IMG/VR virus record: IMGVR_UViG_3300037484_000445
Span: 259,863-323,862 of that record
From: a virus
Lineage: Duplodnaviria > Heunggongvirae > Uroviricota > Caudoviricetes
Strand: one strand, 5' to 3'
DNA: 64,000 nt
This document shows positions 10,106-19,067 of the stretch, in pieces (positions within the stretch are counted from its first letter, which is position 1; each line of letters opens with the position of its first letter). The notes below the pieces were generated by a model. It was not told where the DNA came from, searched no databases, and saw nothing but the letters and a program-made list of their open reading frames with translations. Position numbers and translations under genes: made by a program.

Positions 10106-10669
10106 ATGGCTACCCAAGACCAACTCAACAAGCTAAGGGATTTCACTCAGATAGTTCATCGTATCGTCGGTGGGTTTCAGAAGAGACTCCCGAGAAATGT
10201 CCTTCGCGAGGACCTCATGGCCGCTGGCATGTCGGGTCTCTGGGATGCTATCCAACGCCATACAGGGGATGACGAGCACTTCGAGTGGTACGCACGAATC
10301 AAGATTCGTGGTGCCATCTTGGATGAGCTCAGGTCTCAAGATTGGCTGTCCCGCCGCGCTCGTTGGCTCATGGCTGAGGACAACCCCATTTCGGTCGTCC
10401 GCCTCGATGATGTGTCGGACTTCGAGCAGAACAAGGCCCTTGCCGTAGAGATCGAGTATTGCTCGGAGACCAGCCGCAAGCGCCAACTACTCCGAAAAGC
10501 TATCACTCACTTGCCTGAGCGTGAACAGTTCATCATCAACCTACACGATCTGCAGGGGATTGATCTCAAAGAGATTGCTAGACAACTTGGAGTCTCTGAA
10601 CCTCGGATCTCACAACTTCGGTCACGCGCCGTGAATCAACTCAAAACCTTGATGGTCCAGGCTTCATGA
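10106..10669 (+). CDS. RNA polymerase sigma factor, sigma-70 family (regions 2 and 4 only)
   Basis: Region 2: LMAAGMSGLWDAIQRH..YARIKIRGAILDELR. Region 4.2: LPEREQFIINLHDLQGIDLKEIARQLGVSEPRISQLRSRAVNQLK. ATG at 10106 (MATQDQ). Confidence 0.8.
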   Translation: MATQDQLNKLRDFTQIVHRIVGGFQKRLPRNVLREDLMAAGMSGLWDAIQRHTGDDEHFEWYARIKIRGAILDELRSQDWLSRRARWLMAEDNPISVVRLDDVSDFEQNKALAVEIEYCSETSRKRQLLRKAITHLPEREQFIINLHDLQGIDLKEIARQLGVSEPRISQLRSRAVNQLKTLMVQAS

Positions 10670-11052
10670 CTTCCGAACTCTCCGTCACTGAGCTCAAGAC
10701 TTTACTTCACCAGGCCCACGCCGCCCTTCGTAAGGTCGATGCCTCCGATACGACAATTCCCCAGCTACCGCCCACTCTCGATGCCGTTAGCGATGCGATT
10801 CAAGCCATGGAAGAGGCCCTTCCCTCTCTCCGTTCGGATCCATCGTGGCCACCTTCTCAGGAAGTAACCGAACCAGAGGCCAAACAGGTCGTCGAAGATG
10901 CCATAGCCGCCATTTGGAAGGATATGACGGACAGGCGTGGTATCAAGTGGGAGTTGCAAAACTGCGACCCAGACATTCAAGAGGAAATTCGCGACGTCTG
11001 GCGTAGGCAATTCAACAAAGTTCTCGAAGCAAGTTTGACACCTTCAGAGTAA
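10666..11052 (+). CDS. hypothetical acidic protein (possible sigma partner or anti-sigma)
   Basis: ATGA overlap with the sigma gene. Confidence 0.45.
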   Translation: MTSELSVTELKTLLHQAHAALRKVDASDTTIPQLPPTLDAVSDAIQAMEEALPSLRSDPSWPPSQEVTEPEAKQVVEDAIAAIWKDMTDRRGIKWELQNCDPDIQEEIRDVWRRQFNKVLEASLTPSE

Positions 11053-11844
11053 ATGAACCTTGGGGGAGACACCGAAAAACACGCCGTAGGGGTCACTTCC
11101 TCGGGACATCCCCAGCATGAAGGTCCCTGAGAACGCCCAGGACTTACTGGGAGCCCAAGCAAGGCTCGCCGCCGTATGAAGTTGCCGAGGGTCCGTAGAG
11201 AAGAAGTAGACTCCACCGATCTCGGTTGAAATGTTCCAGGTATCGGTTAGGTCCCGGTCAAAGCTAAGACCCCCTTCGTAGCCACATGGCCTGGAAGTAT
11301 TTTCCACCGTGGGATCGACTAGACCGCCTACGTTAGCAATGAAATGTGTTTGAGTGTAGGAGAGCCCAAACAAGAAGAGCCCTTCTAGACCCAGCCCTTG
11401 AGCTTGGCGGGCTATAGGAAGCTTGGGGCCTAGCTGTAGCCCCATCAACAGAACCCGGCTTCTGGAGGCATTCTGGAAAGAAAGAAGGCCAGCTTTGAGG
11501 GCCACCCACAGGTTGTCGGGAGATACCCGGTAACCTGCAGCACCGTCAAGGGTGAAGGCCCCATCCACGTCAAGTTCCAGTTGGTCTGTAAGACCAAGGT
11601 CGAACTCGGCATCGGGCACAACTATCCGACTCGAGTCGACCCCCTTCACCGCTCCGACTTCAAGATCCAGCTCGACCACACCAGCCCCCTCCAGCTCTAG
11701 ATCCGTAGGTTCAAACAACCTACGGATCGGTCTAGCCTCGGCAGCAGAGGCCGTCAGCAAGCAAAGGAGTAGGATTCTAGATCTTTTTGCCACCGTGCTT
11801 GTACGGACGGGTCCGGTTGTAGGCCGTCTTGAGCTCGATAGCAC
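11044..11844 (-). CDS. secreted protein, possible beta-barrel
   Basis: N-terminal signal-like hydrophobic segment (LLLCLLTASAAEA); alternating beta-like pattern. Confidence 0.45.
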   Translation of the reverse strand: MLSSSRRPTTGPVRTSTVAKRSRILLLCLLTASAAEARPIRRLFEPTDLELEGAGVVELDLEVGAVKGVDSSRIVVPDAEFDLGLTDQLELDVDGAFTLDGAAGYRVSPDNLWVALKAGLLSFQNASRSRVLLMGLQLGPKLPIARQAQGLGLEGLFLFGLSYTQTHFIANVGGLVDPTVENTSRPCGYEGGLSFDRDLTDTWNISTEIGGVYFFSTDPRQLHTAASLAWAPSKSWAFSGTFMLGMSRGSDPYGVFFGVSPKVHLL

Positions 11845-12568
11845 TTACCAGGTCAATGTCGAACTGACGAGCAAGGGCGAATGTCCGAAGAACGGCACAC
11901 TTCAAGTATGCCCGGAAGTCAAACTGGGGGATAAGCGTACCATCTGCTTGCTCGTACATGGACCGTACGACGCAAGAAGTGGCCTTAAATAACCCCTCCA
12001 TGAAGGTCCCCTTCAAAGGCGGAATCGCACTTAGATCCAGCGTAAATGCGTCCCCCTCTGTCTCGGATAGCTTGTAGGGTAAGGGTTTGCTGATGTCGTC
12101 CAATCTCCCAACAGTGTCTGCGATTCGAATCACCAGATCTGCAAGTTCTGAGGGTATCCCGCAAGGCTTATCTCCAGGATTTCCTCGAACAGACATCTCT
12201 ACGCCGCCCTCAGAGTGTGTTAGCATGAACCACATCTCGTTGGGGGCGTGGTTCTTACGGTAGTCCTCGATGGCTTCAGACACCTCAGACACCATGAGCA
12301 TAATGAGGTCCACCAAGGGTCGCTCATCTTCCCACCAACCATGTTCAACAGCTATAGCGTACGAGATCTTTGGTAGTTCACGGAGGTTCATGCCTCGTGG
12401 GTACACCGTGTGTTGAACCAAAGATTGTGTGATTTGGTGTATTTCTAGCCCTTGACGTCCAAATAGAACCGGGTTACTCTTTCCAAACATCGCCGACGAG
12501 GGATGATCGTACGGTTTAACCCACCCCTGAATTGGGGTGAAGGACATCCCCTGTGCAAAATATAACAA
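11777..12568 (-). CDS. hypothetical protein (263 aa; TTG/alternative start)
   Basis: ORF with an internal ATG near 12546. Confidence 0.5.
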   Translation of the reverse strand: MLYFAQGMSFTPIQGWVKPYDHPSSAMFGKSNPVLFGRQGLEIHQITQSLVQHTVYPRGMNLRELPKISYAIAVEHGWWEDERPLVDLIMLMVSEVSEAIEDYRKNHAPNEMWFMLTHSEGGVEMSVRGNPGDKPCGIPSELADLVIRIADTVGRLDDISKPLPYKLSETEGDAFTLDLSAIPPLKGTFMEGLFKATSCVVRSMYEQADGTLIPQFDFRAYLKCAVLRTFALARQFDIDLVSAIELKTAYNRTRPYKHGGKKI

Positions 12569-12873
12569 TCGGCAGATTCGAGAAAGACCCTCAGGCCCAA
12601 GGCTGCATCGAGCCCGCGGATAAGCGTTGGCAACTCGTCATCGACAAGGACGGCTACCCGCATCTCTACGTCGAAGTCAACATAGCCGACGACAACGGTG
12701 TGAAGACCAAAGGCATGTTCTGCCTCGAGGACATGATGAACATCACCGTCAAGGAACTCATGGATGAGGGTGAGTTTGGCGGTGCTCTTCCCCCCGAAGA
12801 AGAGGAAGAGGCCATGGCCGAGTACCTAGCCTCACGAGAAAAGACTGGGATCCCGTGTCCCAGAAAGCTCTAG
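12553..12873 (+). CDS. hypothetical acidic protein
   Basis: GTG start. Confidence 0.4.
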   Translation: MQNITIGRFEKDPQAQGCIEPADKRWQLVIDKDGYPHLYVEVNIADDNGVKTKGMFCLEDMMNITVKELMDEGEFGGALPPEEEEEAMAEYLASREKTGIPCPRKL

Positions 12874-13397
12874 TCGAGCTTGGATAGGTATTGGACGGGC
12901 ACACGATCTGTGAGCCACACACCATTGGTGGACAGATAAAATGTGTGCCCGTCGATGAACATGTTCCGGGCCTTGACCAGCAGGACGTGAGGCAAGGGCC
13001 GTCGCTTGGCCACTTTGATGGCCGTCTCCGTGTCCGCCGAAAGGTGGACGTGGTGGCGGTTCATCTTCCTCAGGCCCTCTTTGAGGATCATCCCCAAAAA
13101 GTGGCCTGAGGTACCATGGTAGAGTAACTCAGGTGGCTGAGTAGCCTCATACCCTAGGTCAACTTCAACCGAATGCCCTTGGCAAGCACGGATCTTGTCG
13201 CCGTTGAACTCGTAGCGCTTCTTCTGGTCCGTGTTGACGATTTCGTACAATTCCCCCGTAGTCATTGAAGCCGCTTTTACAAGCTCTTCAATCGACACCC
13301 AGCCGGAAGCGTCGAGGGTTAGCCCAACGCTCCCAGGGTCATGCCTGAGGATCAGGCTGAGGTGTTTGCTCTTGCGTGTGCGAGTCTTGTTGTCCAT
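12870..13397 (-). CDS. kptA: RNA 2'-phosphotransferase, Tpt1/KptA family
   Basis: SKHLSLILRHDPGSVGLTLDASGWVSIEEL..HGTS..HVHL is the hallmark of Tpt1/KptA. Confidence 0.85.
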   Translation of the reverse strand: MDNKTRTRKSKHLSLILRHDPGSVGLTLDASGWVSIEELVKAASMTTGELYEIVNTDQKKRYEFNGDKIRACQGHSVEVDLGYEATQPPELLYHGTSGHFLGMILKEGLRKMNRHHVHLSADTETAIKVAKRRPLPHVLLVKARNMFIDGHTFYLSTNGVWLTDRVPVQYLSKLD

Positions 13398-13968
13398 CGG
13401 GGATTGCTTTGAAGAATTGAGGTATGGTGCCGACGGCTGTCCCGTTCTCGATCATCATCTGGTGAATAATCTTCTCGGGTACGAACCGATTACGGCCCTT
13501 CGGGCACTTCATCTTCCGTGTGTGTCCAAAGAGTTGGCAAAGCAAGGGTCTCACAACGTGAACCTTACAGGAGCCCTCTTGGAAGAAGGGGCATGTCAGA
13601 TGTCCTGTGTACTTCGGTACTACTTGATGCTTTTCGACATAAGCCTTCAAGCGATGAAGCTCCGTGGCTGTGATGGGCACAGGACCACAACAGTCGCCAC
13701 AACCGGGCACACACGTGATAACAGGTAGACTTACTCGCACTGGTTTCTCTTCGGTTAGTTCTTCGGGGACCGTCTGCAGAAGGTCTTTGCCTCGTATCGT
13801 GATTGTGTAGTCAAAGACCGCCTCAGTCTCTCGAAGAGTGGCCCTAAGGTATCTCATTGACACCAAGGCATCTTTGGTAGCTTGAGTACCTGTAAGTGTT
13901 CCTGTTCGGCTAAAGTCTCGAAGGGCGCGAATCATGACCTTTGAGACACGGTAATGATCACTCTGCAC
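13339..13968 (-). CDS. YkgJ-like Zn/Fe-chelating Cys-cluster protein
   Basis: CVPGCGDCCG resembles the CxxCGxCC motif of PF03692; additional Cys follow. Confidence 0.5.
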   Translation of the reverse strand: MQSDHYRVSKVMIRALRDFSRTGTLTGTQATKDALVSMRYLRATLRETEAVFDYTITIRGKDLLQTVPEELTEEKPVRVSLPVITCVPGCGDCCGPVPITATELHRLKAYVEKHQVVPKYTGHLTCPFFQEGSCKVHVVRPLLCQLFGHTRKMKCPKGRNRFVPEKIIHQMMIENGTAVGTIPQFFKAIPDGQQDSHTQEQTPQPDPQA

Positions 13969-13978
13969 GCCCTTCTTT

Positions 13979-15334
13979 TTACACCGACGCCGCCACCTCC
14001 GGAATCAAACCCAACAGTTTTTCTTCGGAGTTCAAGGTAGGATCTTCAGTTACCCTTTCCAACAGCTCGGCCAAGATGTTTCCAACCTTGGGCCCTGGGG
14101 GGATGTTGAGCAACGTCATCACGTGGTGGCCACTCACCGCCAACATGCTGGACGACGTGGGGATGGTGCCCACGCTGTCGATCCGGTGCTTGAGCTCGTT
14201 GATAGTGGTGATCTCCAGAGGAATGAAGGCGTTACCCTTACCTACGATGTCCGCTATAGCCAACGTGGTTAGGTGTGGGATGTGCTCGACTCCGACACTT
14301 CGCATCCATCTACGGACGGCGGCATCACTCCAATCGGATTCATATCGAACGAAGTGGTGCCGGACCAAGTGGGCCACTCGGGCGACTTCGTCGCTCGAAA
14401 ACCTCAAGCGGGTCATCAAGTCCTGCGTCATAGCGGCCCCGATATGTTCGTGGTCGTAGAACGTAGCGTCCCCGTGTTGTGGGTGGGGCTTCTTCGAATC
14501 TGGCTTGCCGATGTCGTGAAACAATGCTGCAAACCTGAGCATGGGGTCGCTGGCCGGGCAAGTATCCACCACCTTCATGGTGTGATTCCAGACATCGAAC
14601 TCATGGTACCGATTCTGGCCACACCCCACCATAGGGAGCATCTCCGGCAGAATCATTCCAAGCATCCCCGTGGAGGCCATCAGGTTGAAAGCTCTCGAGG
14701 GTTCAGCAGCGGCCATGGTCTTGGTCAATTCATCTCGGATCCGCTCAATAGAAACCCTCCCCAGTTGGTCTAGGGTATGGGCTAGGGCAATCCGAGTGGA
14801 GTCGATCAGGGTCAAGTTGTGCGTGGCCGAAAAGCGGATGGCTCGAAGAAGACGAATACCATCCTCACGGAACCGGTCAAATGAGTTTCCAACCGTACGC
14901 AAAATCCCTGCTTTGAGGTCCTGCCGTCCGTTGTAGGGGTCGAAGTAGTAGCCGCCACCCTCGACAAGAGGGTCGAAGGCTATGGCATTGACCGTGAAGT
15001 CCCGCCGGGCTAGGTCATCGTGGATGCTCGTGGAGAACTCGACGCTATCCGGCCTTCGACCGTCGGAATAGGTGCCATCCTTACGGTAGGTTGTAACCTC
15101 AAATCCTTCGCCCTCGAGACGGACCGTGATAGTCCCGTGCTTGGCTCCGATGTCCAACGAATGGCTGAAGCACCGTTGAGTCTGTTCGGGGGTGGCATTG
15201 GTCGCAAAGTCCCAATCATGGACGGACCTTTGAAGCAATAGATCTCGAACGGCACCACCTACAAGCCACGCTTCGAAACCCTTATCCTGTAGAGTCTGGC
15301 AAATGGCTATGACTTTTGGGGGGATGGAGTTCAT
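13979..15334 (-). CDS. cca: CCA-adding tRNA nucleotidyltransferase (class II) with HD domain
   Basis: GGAVRDLLL, DWDFAT, ARRDFTVNAIAF in the head domain; HD motifs HTMKVVD..FHDIGKP. Confidence 0.85.
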   Translation of the reverse strand: MNSIPPKVIAICQTLQDKGFEAWLVGGAVRDLLLQRSVHDWDFATNATPEQTQRCFSHSLDIGAKHGTITVRLEGEGFEVTTYRKDGTYSDGRRPDSVEFSTSIHDDLARRDFTVNAIAFDPLVEGGGYYFDPYNGRQDLKAGILRTVGNSFDRFREDGIRLLRAIRFSATHNLTLIDSTRIALAHTLDQLGRVSIERIRDELTKTMAAAEPSRAFNLMASTGMLGMILPEMLPMVGCGQNRYHEFDVWNHTMKVVDTCPASDPMLRFAALFHDIGKPDSKKPHPQHGDATFYDHEHIGAAMTQDLMTRLRFSSDEVARVAHLVRHHFVRYESDWSDAAVRRWMRSVGVEHIPHLTTLAIADIVGKGNAFIPLEITTINELKHRIDSVGTIPTSSSMLAVSGHHVMTLLNIPPGPKVGNILAELLERVTEDPTLNSEEKLLGLIPEVAASV

Positions 15335-15600
15335 AAGGCTATCTCTTCGTAGGCATCTTTGGTGACATTCAACTGCATTTTGGAGACATCTTGGCCGGTG
15401 TGATCCGTCAAGTAGATGATGCCTCCAGAGTCAAGGTGACTTTCGGAGTTTTCGAAGCTTAATTGGTCGGCTATGAAACACCGTCCTTGGGCATCACGAT
15501 CAAGCAAGAGGCCGCCGGCCCAAGATATGAATTGTAGTCGATTGAACCGCAACACAACTGGCTTGGTGGCTGATGGGGTATCTTTGACGTGCCGCGGCAT
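15331..15600 (-). CDS. hypothetical protein, first gene of the cca-kptA operon
   Basis: ATG start with TGA/ATG overlap onto cca. Confidence 0.45.
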   Translation of the reverse strand: MPRHVKDTPSATKPVVLRFNRLQFISWAGGLLLDRDAQGRCFIADQLSFENSESHLDSGGIIYLTDHTGQDVSKMQLNVTKDAYEEIAL

Positions 15601-15655
15601 GATTCTAGTACGGCGGGGTTGAAGTAGAACTTAAGGACCTGGTGTAAGGTTTGAC

Positions 15656-15814
15656 ATGAGCTCAATACACCTGACCATTTGCGATCATTGCGGGAACCCT
15701 GAGCATGGAATCCCCACGATAGATATATGGTTCAAGGTGGGCCAGAGCTACACATCTGTTCGACGTGCCAGTCGAAGCCCTTTCGACGTATATCCCCACA
15801 CCCCAAGATGGTAG
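15656..15814 (+). CDS. small ORF (52 aa) with CDHCGNPEH knuckle
   Basis: Below the track threshold, but preceded by GGTGTAAGG plus 7 nt like other genes. Confidence 0.25.
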   Translation: MSSIHLTICDHCGNPEHGIPTIDIWFKVGQSYTSVRRASRSPFDVYPHTPRW

Positions 15815-15839
15815 CCCTAAAGGAGCTTCTTAGCGAGGT

Positions 15840-15946
15840 ATGGCGTGGAGGAGTTGAACCTCCGTCCGCAGGATGAACCCCACGTGCTTTAGTCCGTGTC
15901 TAAGAGGGTCAAGCGCTTGACCCTCGGAGATCCAAGCTAACGCCAT
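15840..15946 (-). ncRNA. tRNA-like element with extended non-canonical body
   Basis: On the minus strand the 5' end ATGGCGT pairs perfectly with the 3' end ACGCCAT (7 bp), followed by discriminator A. A canonical T-arm GGAGG-TTCAACT-CCTCC sits directly before the 3' acceptor strand. U8/A9 are present. The body is 76 nt rather than about 45 and contains the perfect palindrome GAGGGTCAAGC|GCTTGACCCTC (15904..15925). Confidence 0.35.
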
Positions 15947-16230
15947 GGGTTCAACCTATCAAACCCTTGAAGCCAAGTCAAAAGCTCACAACAGGACTTA
16001 GCGGGGCTCCCGGCTCAACAATCAGTAGGGCACCATGTTGGCTGCCAATCACGGTATTTGCAGGGACCTCGCGAATTTCCACCGGCTTTTTGCAGATGGG
16101 GCACGAGGTCTCTGACGGCTCAAGGATTACGACGTCACAGACGCCACAGACAGATAGGTTGAACATGAGGCTACCCTAAGTGAGAAGGGTAGTATACAGC
16201 ATCCTCAAAGACTTGCCACTCTGCCCCCAG

Positions 16231-17127
16231 TTACGAACCGGGGAAGTGAGGCATCACTTTGGACTGCCGAATCAGGTCTCCCGTTGCAGAGCGCCTGCCG
16301 CCGATGCTCTCGTTGAGCCAACAACGGACCTCAACACCTTGCTTCCATGTGAGGGCCCACACGAAGAGTGTGCCACTGACTAGCATTTTCTGGCCTGTGT
16401 ACTTAGACTTCTTCAATACCGGCGGGATCACAAGTTCGAAGTCATTGAAGTCTCTGGAGAGGTGGACAGCACGTCCTTCATGTCTCACTAGGATTTCGGA
16501 CTTCGAGGAGTACACAATCCCATCAGAATAAGAGGCGGCAAGGTTCCAATCAACCCCTTGTCCATGCATCTTCCACGAAGCTATAGCGTAGTAACGATTC
16601 CCCTCGAACACAAATTCCTTCCACAAGAACTTCGGGAATTTGTCGAGGGTAGACTTCTCCCAGCATCGATCTAGAAGTGGTATGAGGAATGGAACAAGCG
16701 GCGACTCAGTCTCTTGAGACAGAGGGCCTTCAAGATCGACAATACCGTCATCCTCGACGGACGTACCTAAAAAGTCTAAGGGATCGTCTGTGAGAAGACC
16801 TCCCCCAAGATCGAGGGTGAGTTTGTCCTCGGGATCAATTCGCTTTTTGACGGCATCCAGCTCAGGAACGACGCAGGTCACTCCTTCTCGAGGTGTGTGC
16901 TTCAACGCCAACAGCTCAGGAGTTAGTTGGACCTCTTTGATCTCGAGGTAGTCCAGGAACTGTTGGACGACTTCTTGTATGGTGCCCTTGGGAGTTTTTT
17001 CGTGAACCATCCTAGCGACTAAGATGGGGAGAAACTCAACCAGTTCCTCAGTACTACGGGTTTTGAACGTAGCAAACACATAGGAACGCAAAGCACGGCT
17101 ACGAGTCTTTGACTCACGCTCTGACAT
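16231..17127 (-). CDS. hypothetical protein (298 aa)
   Basis: ORF. Confidence 0.55.
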   Translation of the reverse strand: MSERESKTRSRALRSYVFATFKTRSTEELVEFLPILVARMVHEKTPKGTIQEVVQQFLDYLEIKEVQLTPELLALKHTPREGVTCVVPELDAVKKRIDPEDKLTLDLGGGLLTDDPLDFLGTSVEDDGIVDLEGPLSQETESPLVPFLIPLLDRCWEKSTLDKFPKFLWKEFVFEGNRYYAIASWKMHGQGVDWNLAASYSDGIVYSSKSEILVRHEGRAVHLSRDFNDFELVIPPVLKKSKYTGQKMLVSGTLFVWALTWKQGVEVRCWLNESIGGRRSATGDLIRQSKVMPHFPGS

Positions 17128-17150
17128 ACTAACCTACTTTCTGCGGGACA

Positions 17151-17192
17151 CTACGGGGTGTTGAGGTTCACTGCAGAACATTCAACACCCCG
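17151..17192. terminator. long imperfect inverted repeat GGGGTGTTGAGGTTCACTGCAG/AACATTCAACACCCC
   Basis: Intergenic between two minus-strand genes; no U-tract. Confidence 0.35.
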
Positions 17193-17241
17193 GCCACATA
17201 ACACAGTAGCCCACAGATAGCAACACTCATCTGACTTTCGG

Positions 17242-17745
17242 CTAGTTATCAGGCTTTTGCTGTCGAGCCCACACCAATCGATTGAGGTTAGCAGCGGCTT
17301 TTCGATGTGTTGGGTCGATCTCCAAAAGTTCCCGCCAGGTCAGCTCGGCGATCTCGGGATTGACTTCGCGGAGTCGGAGGCCCAGTTCGAAGAGCCAGGT
17401 CACCCGAGCTAGAAGGACCAATTGTTGGTCCACAATCCGGACGTTGAACTGTCGTTCGGGCGTCTGGTTCACATGGTCAGCCCAAATCTCTGGGACCCGT
17501 TGCACCGTGGCTTCTTGTTGGGCCTTGGCTACTTTACAGAGCTTTGAAGCAAAGCCCGCCTTCATCACATGCTCGGCGTAGTTGCGTTCGATCCTACGGA
17601 TGCAATGGCCGTCGACGAGGACATTGGTAACCAAAAGGCACTTCGCCGCAAAGTCTTCTGTCTGTACGTGTATGACAACTTCACCTACTGTGACGTTGCT
17701 ATTCAACCCGACCAGACATGAGGTTTTTTCGACTGGAATGTTCAT
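17242..17745 (-). CDS. hypothetical protein (167 aa)
   Basis: ORF. Confidence 0.5.
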   Translation of the reverse strand: MNIPVEKTSCLVGLNSNVTVGEVVIHVQTEDFAAKCLLVTNVLVDGHCIRRIERNYAEHVMKAGFASKLCKVAKAQQEATVQRVPEIWADHVNQTPERQFNVRIVDQQLVLLARVTWLFELGLRLREVNPEIAELTWRELLEIDPTHRKAAANLNRLVWARQQKPDN

Positions 17746-17809
17746 TTGGCCCTCGTGGATAGTACGAGGTAGCTAGCCCCAACATTAACAGACTTCGGTG
17801 AGGGGTAGC

Positions 17810-18148
17810 CTAAAGGAGGCGCAACTGTAGGGCCCTGTCGAGATCAAACGCAGCTTCCTTCAAAGCTCTCTCAAGAAGAGGCATAGCCTCTTTTGGGTCA
17901 AGAGCTGAGAATTCTTGGGAAATCTGCAAGCCAAAGAAATGGACCAGGTACTCGACACCTGTCTTCTGTTGCCCGTCCCAATGCACTTTAAGAGTACCCT
18001 TCAAGGCTCCGTAGGCATAGACGTACTCATCAACAGCTCCACCGCAATCGGCGTAACATTGGGGCTTGGTCGGAATGAAGAAGATCTCTAGGACTGCCCC
18101 TTTTTTGGGGGCCTTTTTCGTGGAGGTCTTTCGGTTACTCATACACAC
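17810..18148 (-). CDS. hypothetical protein
   Basis: ORF abutting the next gene. Confidence 0.45.
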   Translation of the reverse strand: MCMSNRKTSTKKAPKKGAVLEIFFIPTKPQCYADCGGAVDEYVYAYGALKGTLKVHWDGQQKTGVEYLVHFFGLQISQEFSALDPKEAMPLLERALKEAAFDLDRALQLRLL

Positions 18149-18586
18149 CTAAGCATTCTGTGCTTGAAGTTTGGGGTTGTTCGCTTGACTCCGCATCTTC
18201 TCAACAAGGCCACTGTAGCTCTCTTGAGCCAGACTCACACCGGTTTCTTTCTCGAAGAGGTTCCGAAGCGCCATTGCTTCCAACTTAGTCTTCCGGCATT
18301 TGGTCGTAAATCGAAGCGACTCACCCGGCACGTAGGCCATCTTGGCGAAGCGGATCGAATAGGTGTCGTCAGAGGCTAAGTCGATTCGACAATAGTTGGC
18401 CTCATTGGCCGAGCTACCTAGACAAAAACTCAATCCAGTCCGAAAAGTCAAGAATGTCTTGGCCTTGACCTTCAACATCAAAGTGGCCACCGTCGCGTCT
18501 AGGGCACCCATGATTTTCTGAGCCGCTGAGCTGTGTTGGACTTGCCCCACTTGAGGGAATACCGCCGAAATGAACTCGTCTTTCAT
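18149..18586 (-). CDS. hypothetical protein, paralog family A
   Basis: Its C-terminus (..NLFEKETG) is shared with 18603..18935 (..SLFERETG). Confidence 0.5.
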   Translation of the reverse strand: MKDEFISAVFPQVGQVQHSSAAQKIMGALDATVATLMLKVKAKTFLTFRTGLSFCLGSSANEANYCRIDLASDDTYSIRFAKMAYVPGESLRFTTKCRKTKLEAMALRNLFEKETGVSLAQESYSGLVEKMRSQANNPKLQAQNA

Positions 18587-18602
18587 AACGCCCCCGAAGG
18601 AA

Positions 18603-18935
18603 CTAGACTCGGACTATGCGAGGGATCCTCAAAGCCAAACCCGTTTCACGCTCGAACAACGAGATAAGGTCGTCAGCGTAAATGTCGGTGAAAGTGCTCT
18701 TAACCTTGACGCTTGTGCCACGGATCGATACGAACTTGACAGTATATACATCGGACGGCTCCAGGTCAACGACGCAGCAATTCGAGCTGTTCGAAGCGCG
18801 AGCCTTGAACCGGAAGCTGAGACCCGTCTCAGTGGCATCAATGTTGTAGGCGCCCAGCATGGCGGTCAGACGGCCACCGAGTTGTTGAATGATGGTGTTG
18901 GCGATTGCGAGGCGTTCTTCTGAAGTGCGGGTCAT
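18603..18935 (-). CDS. hypothetical protein, paralog family A
   Basis: Paralog of 18149..18586. Confidence 0.5.
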   Translation of the reverse strand: MTRTSEERLAIANTIIQQLGGRLTAMLGAYNIDATETGLSFRFKARASNSSNCCVVDLEPSDVYTVKFVSIRGTSVKVKSTFTDIYADDLISLFERETGLALRIPRIVRV

Positions 18936-19067
18936 GGGGATAGTACGAAAGGAGGCCCTTATAGGTTAAGACCAAAATGGCCTTAACTTTTACCGTCTAG
19001 CCCCGTATTACCCCCACAACGAATTCAACCGAATCTGGACACCGTAACCCTTCGAGACGTACATACT

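Noticed and set aside
15840-15946. Interpretation of the tRNA-like element as tmRNA
   Set aside because: Only 107 nt, with no room for an mRNA-like domain or tag reading frame; kept as a tRNA-like element instead.
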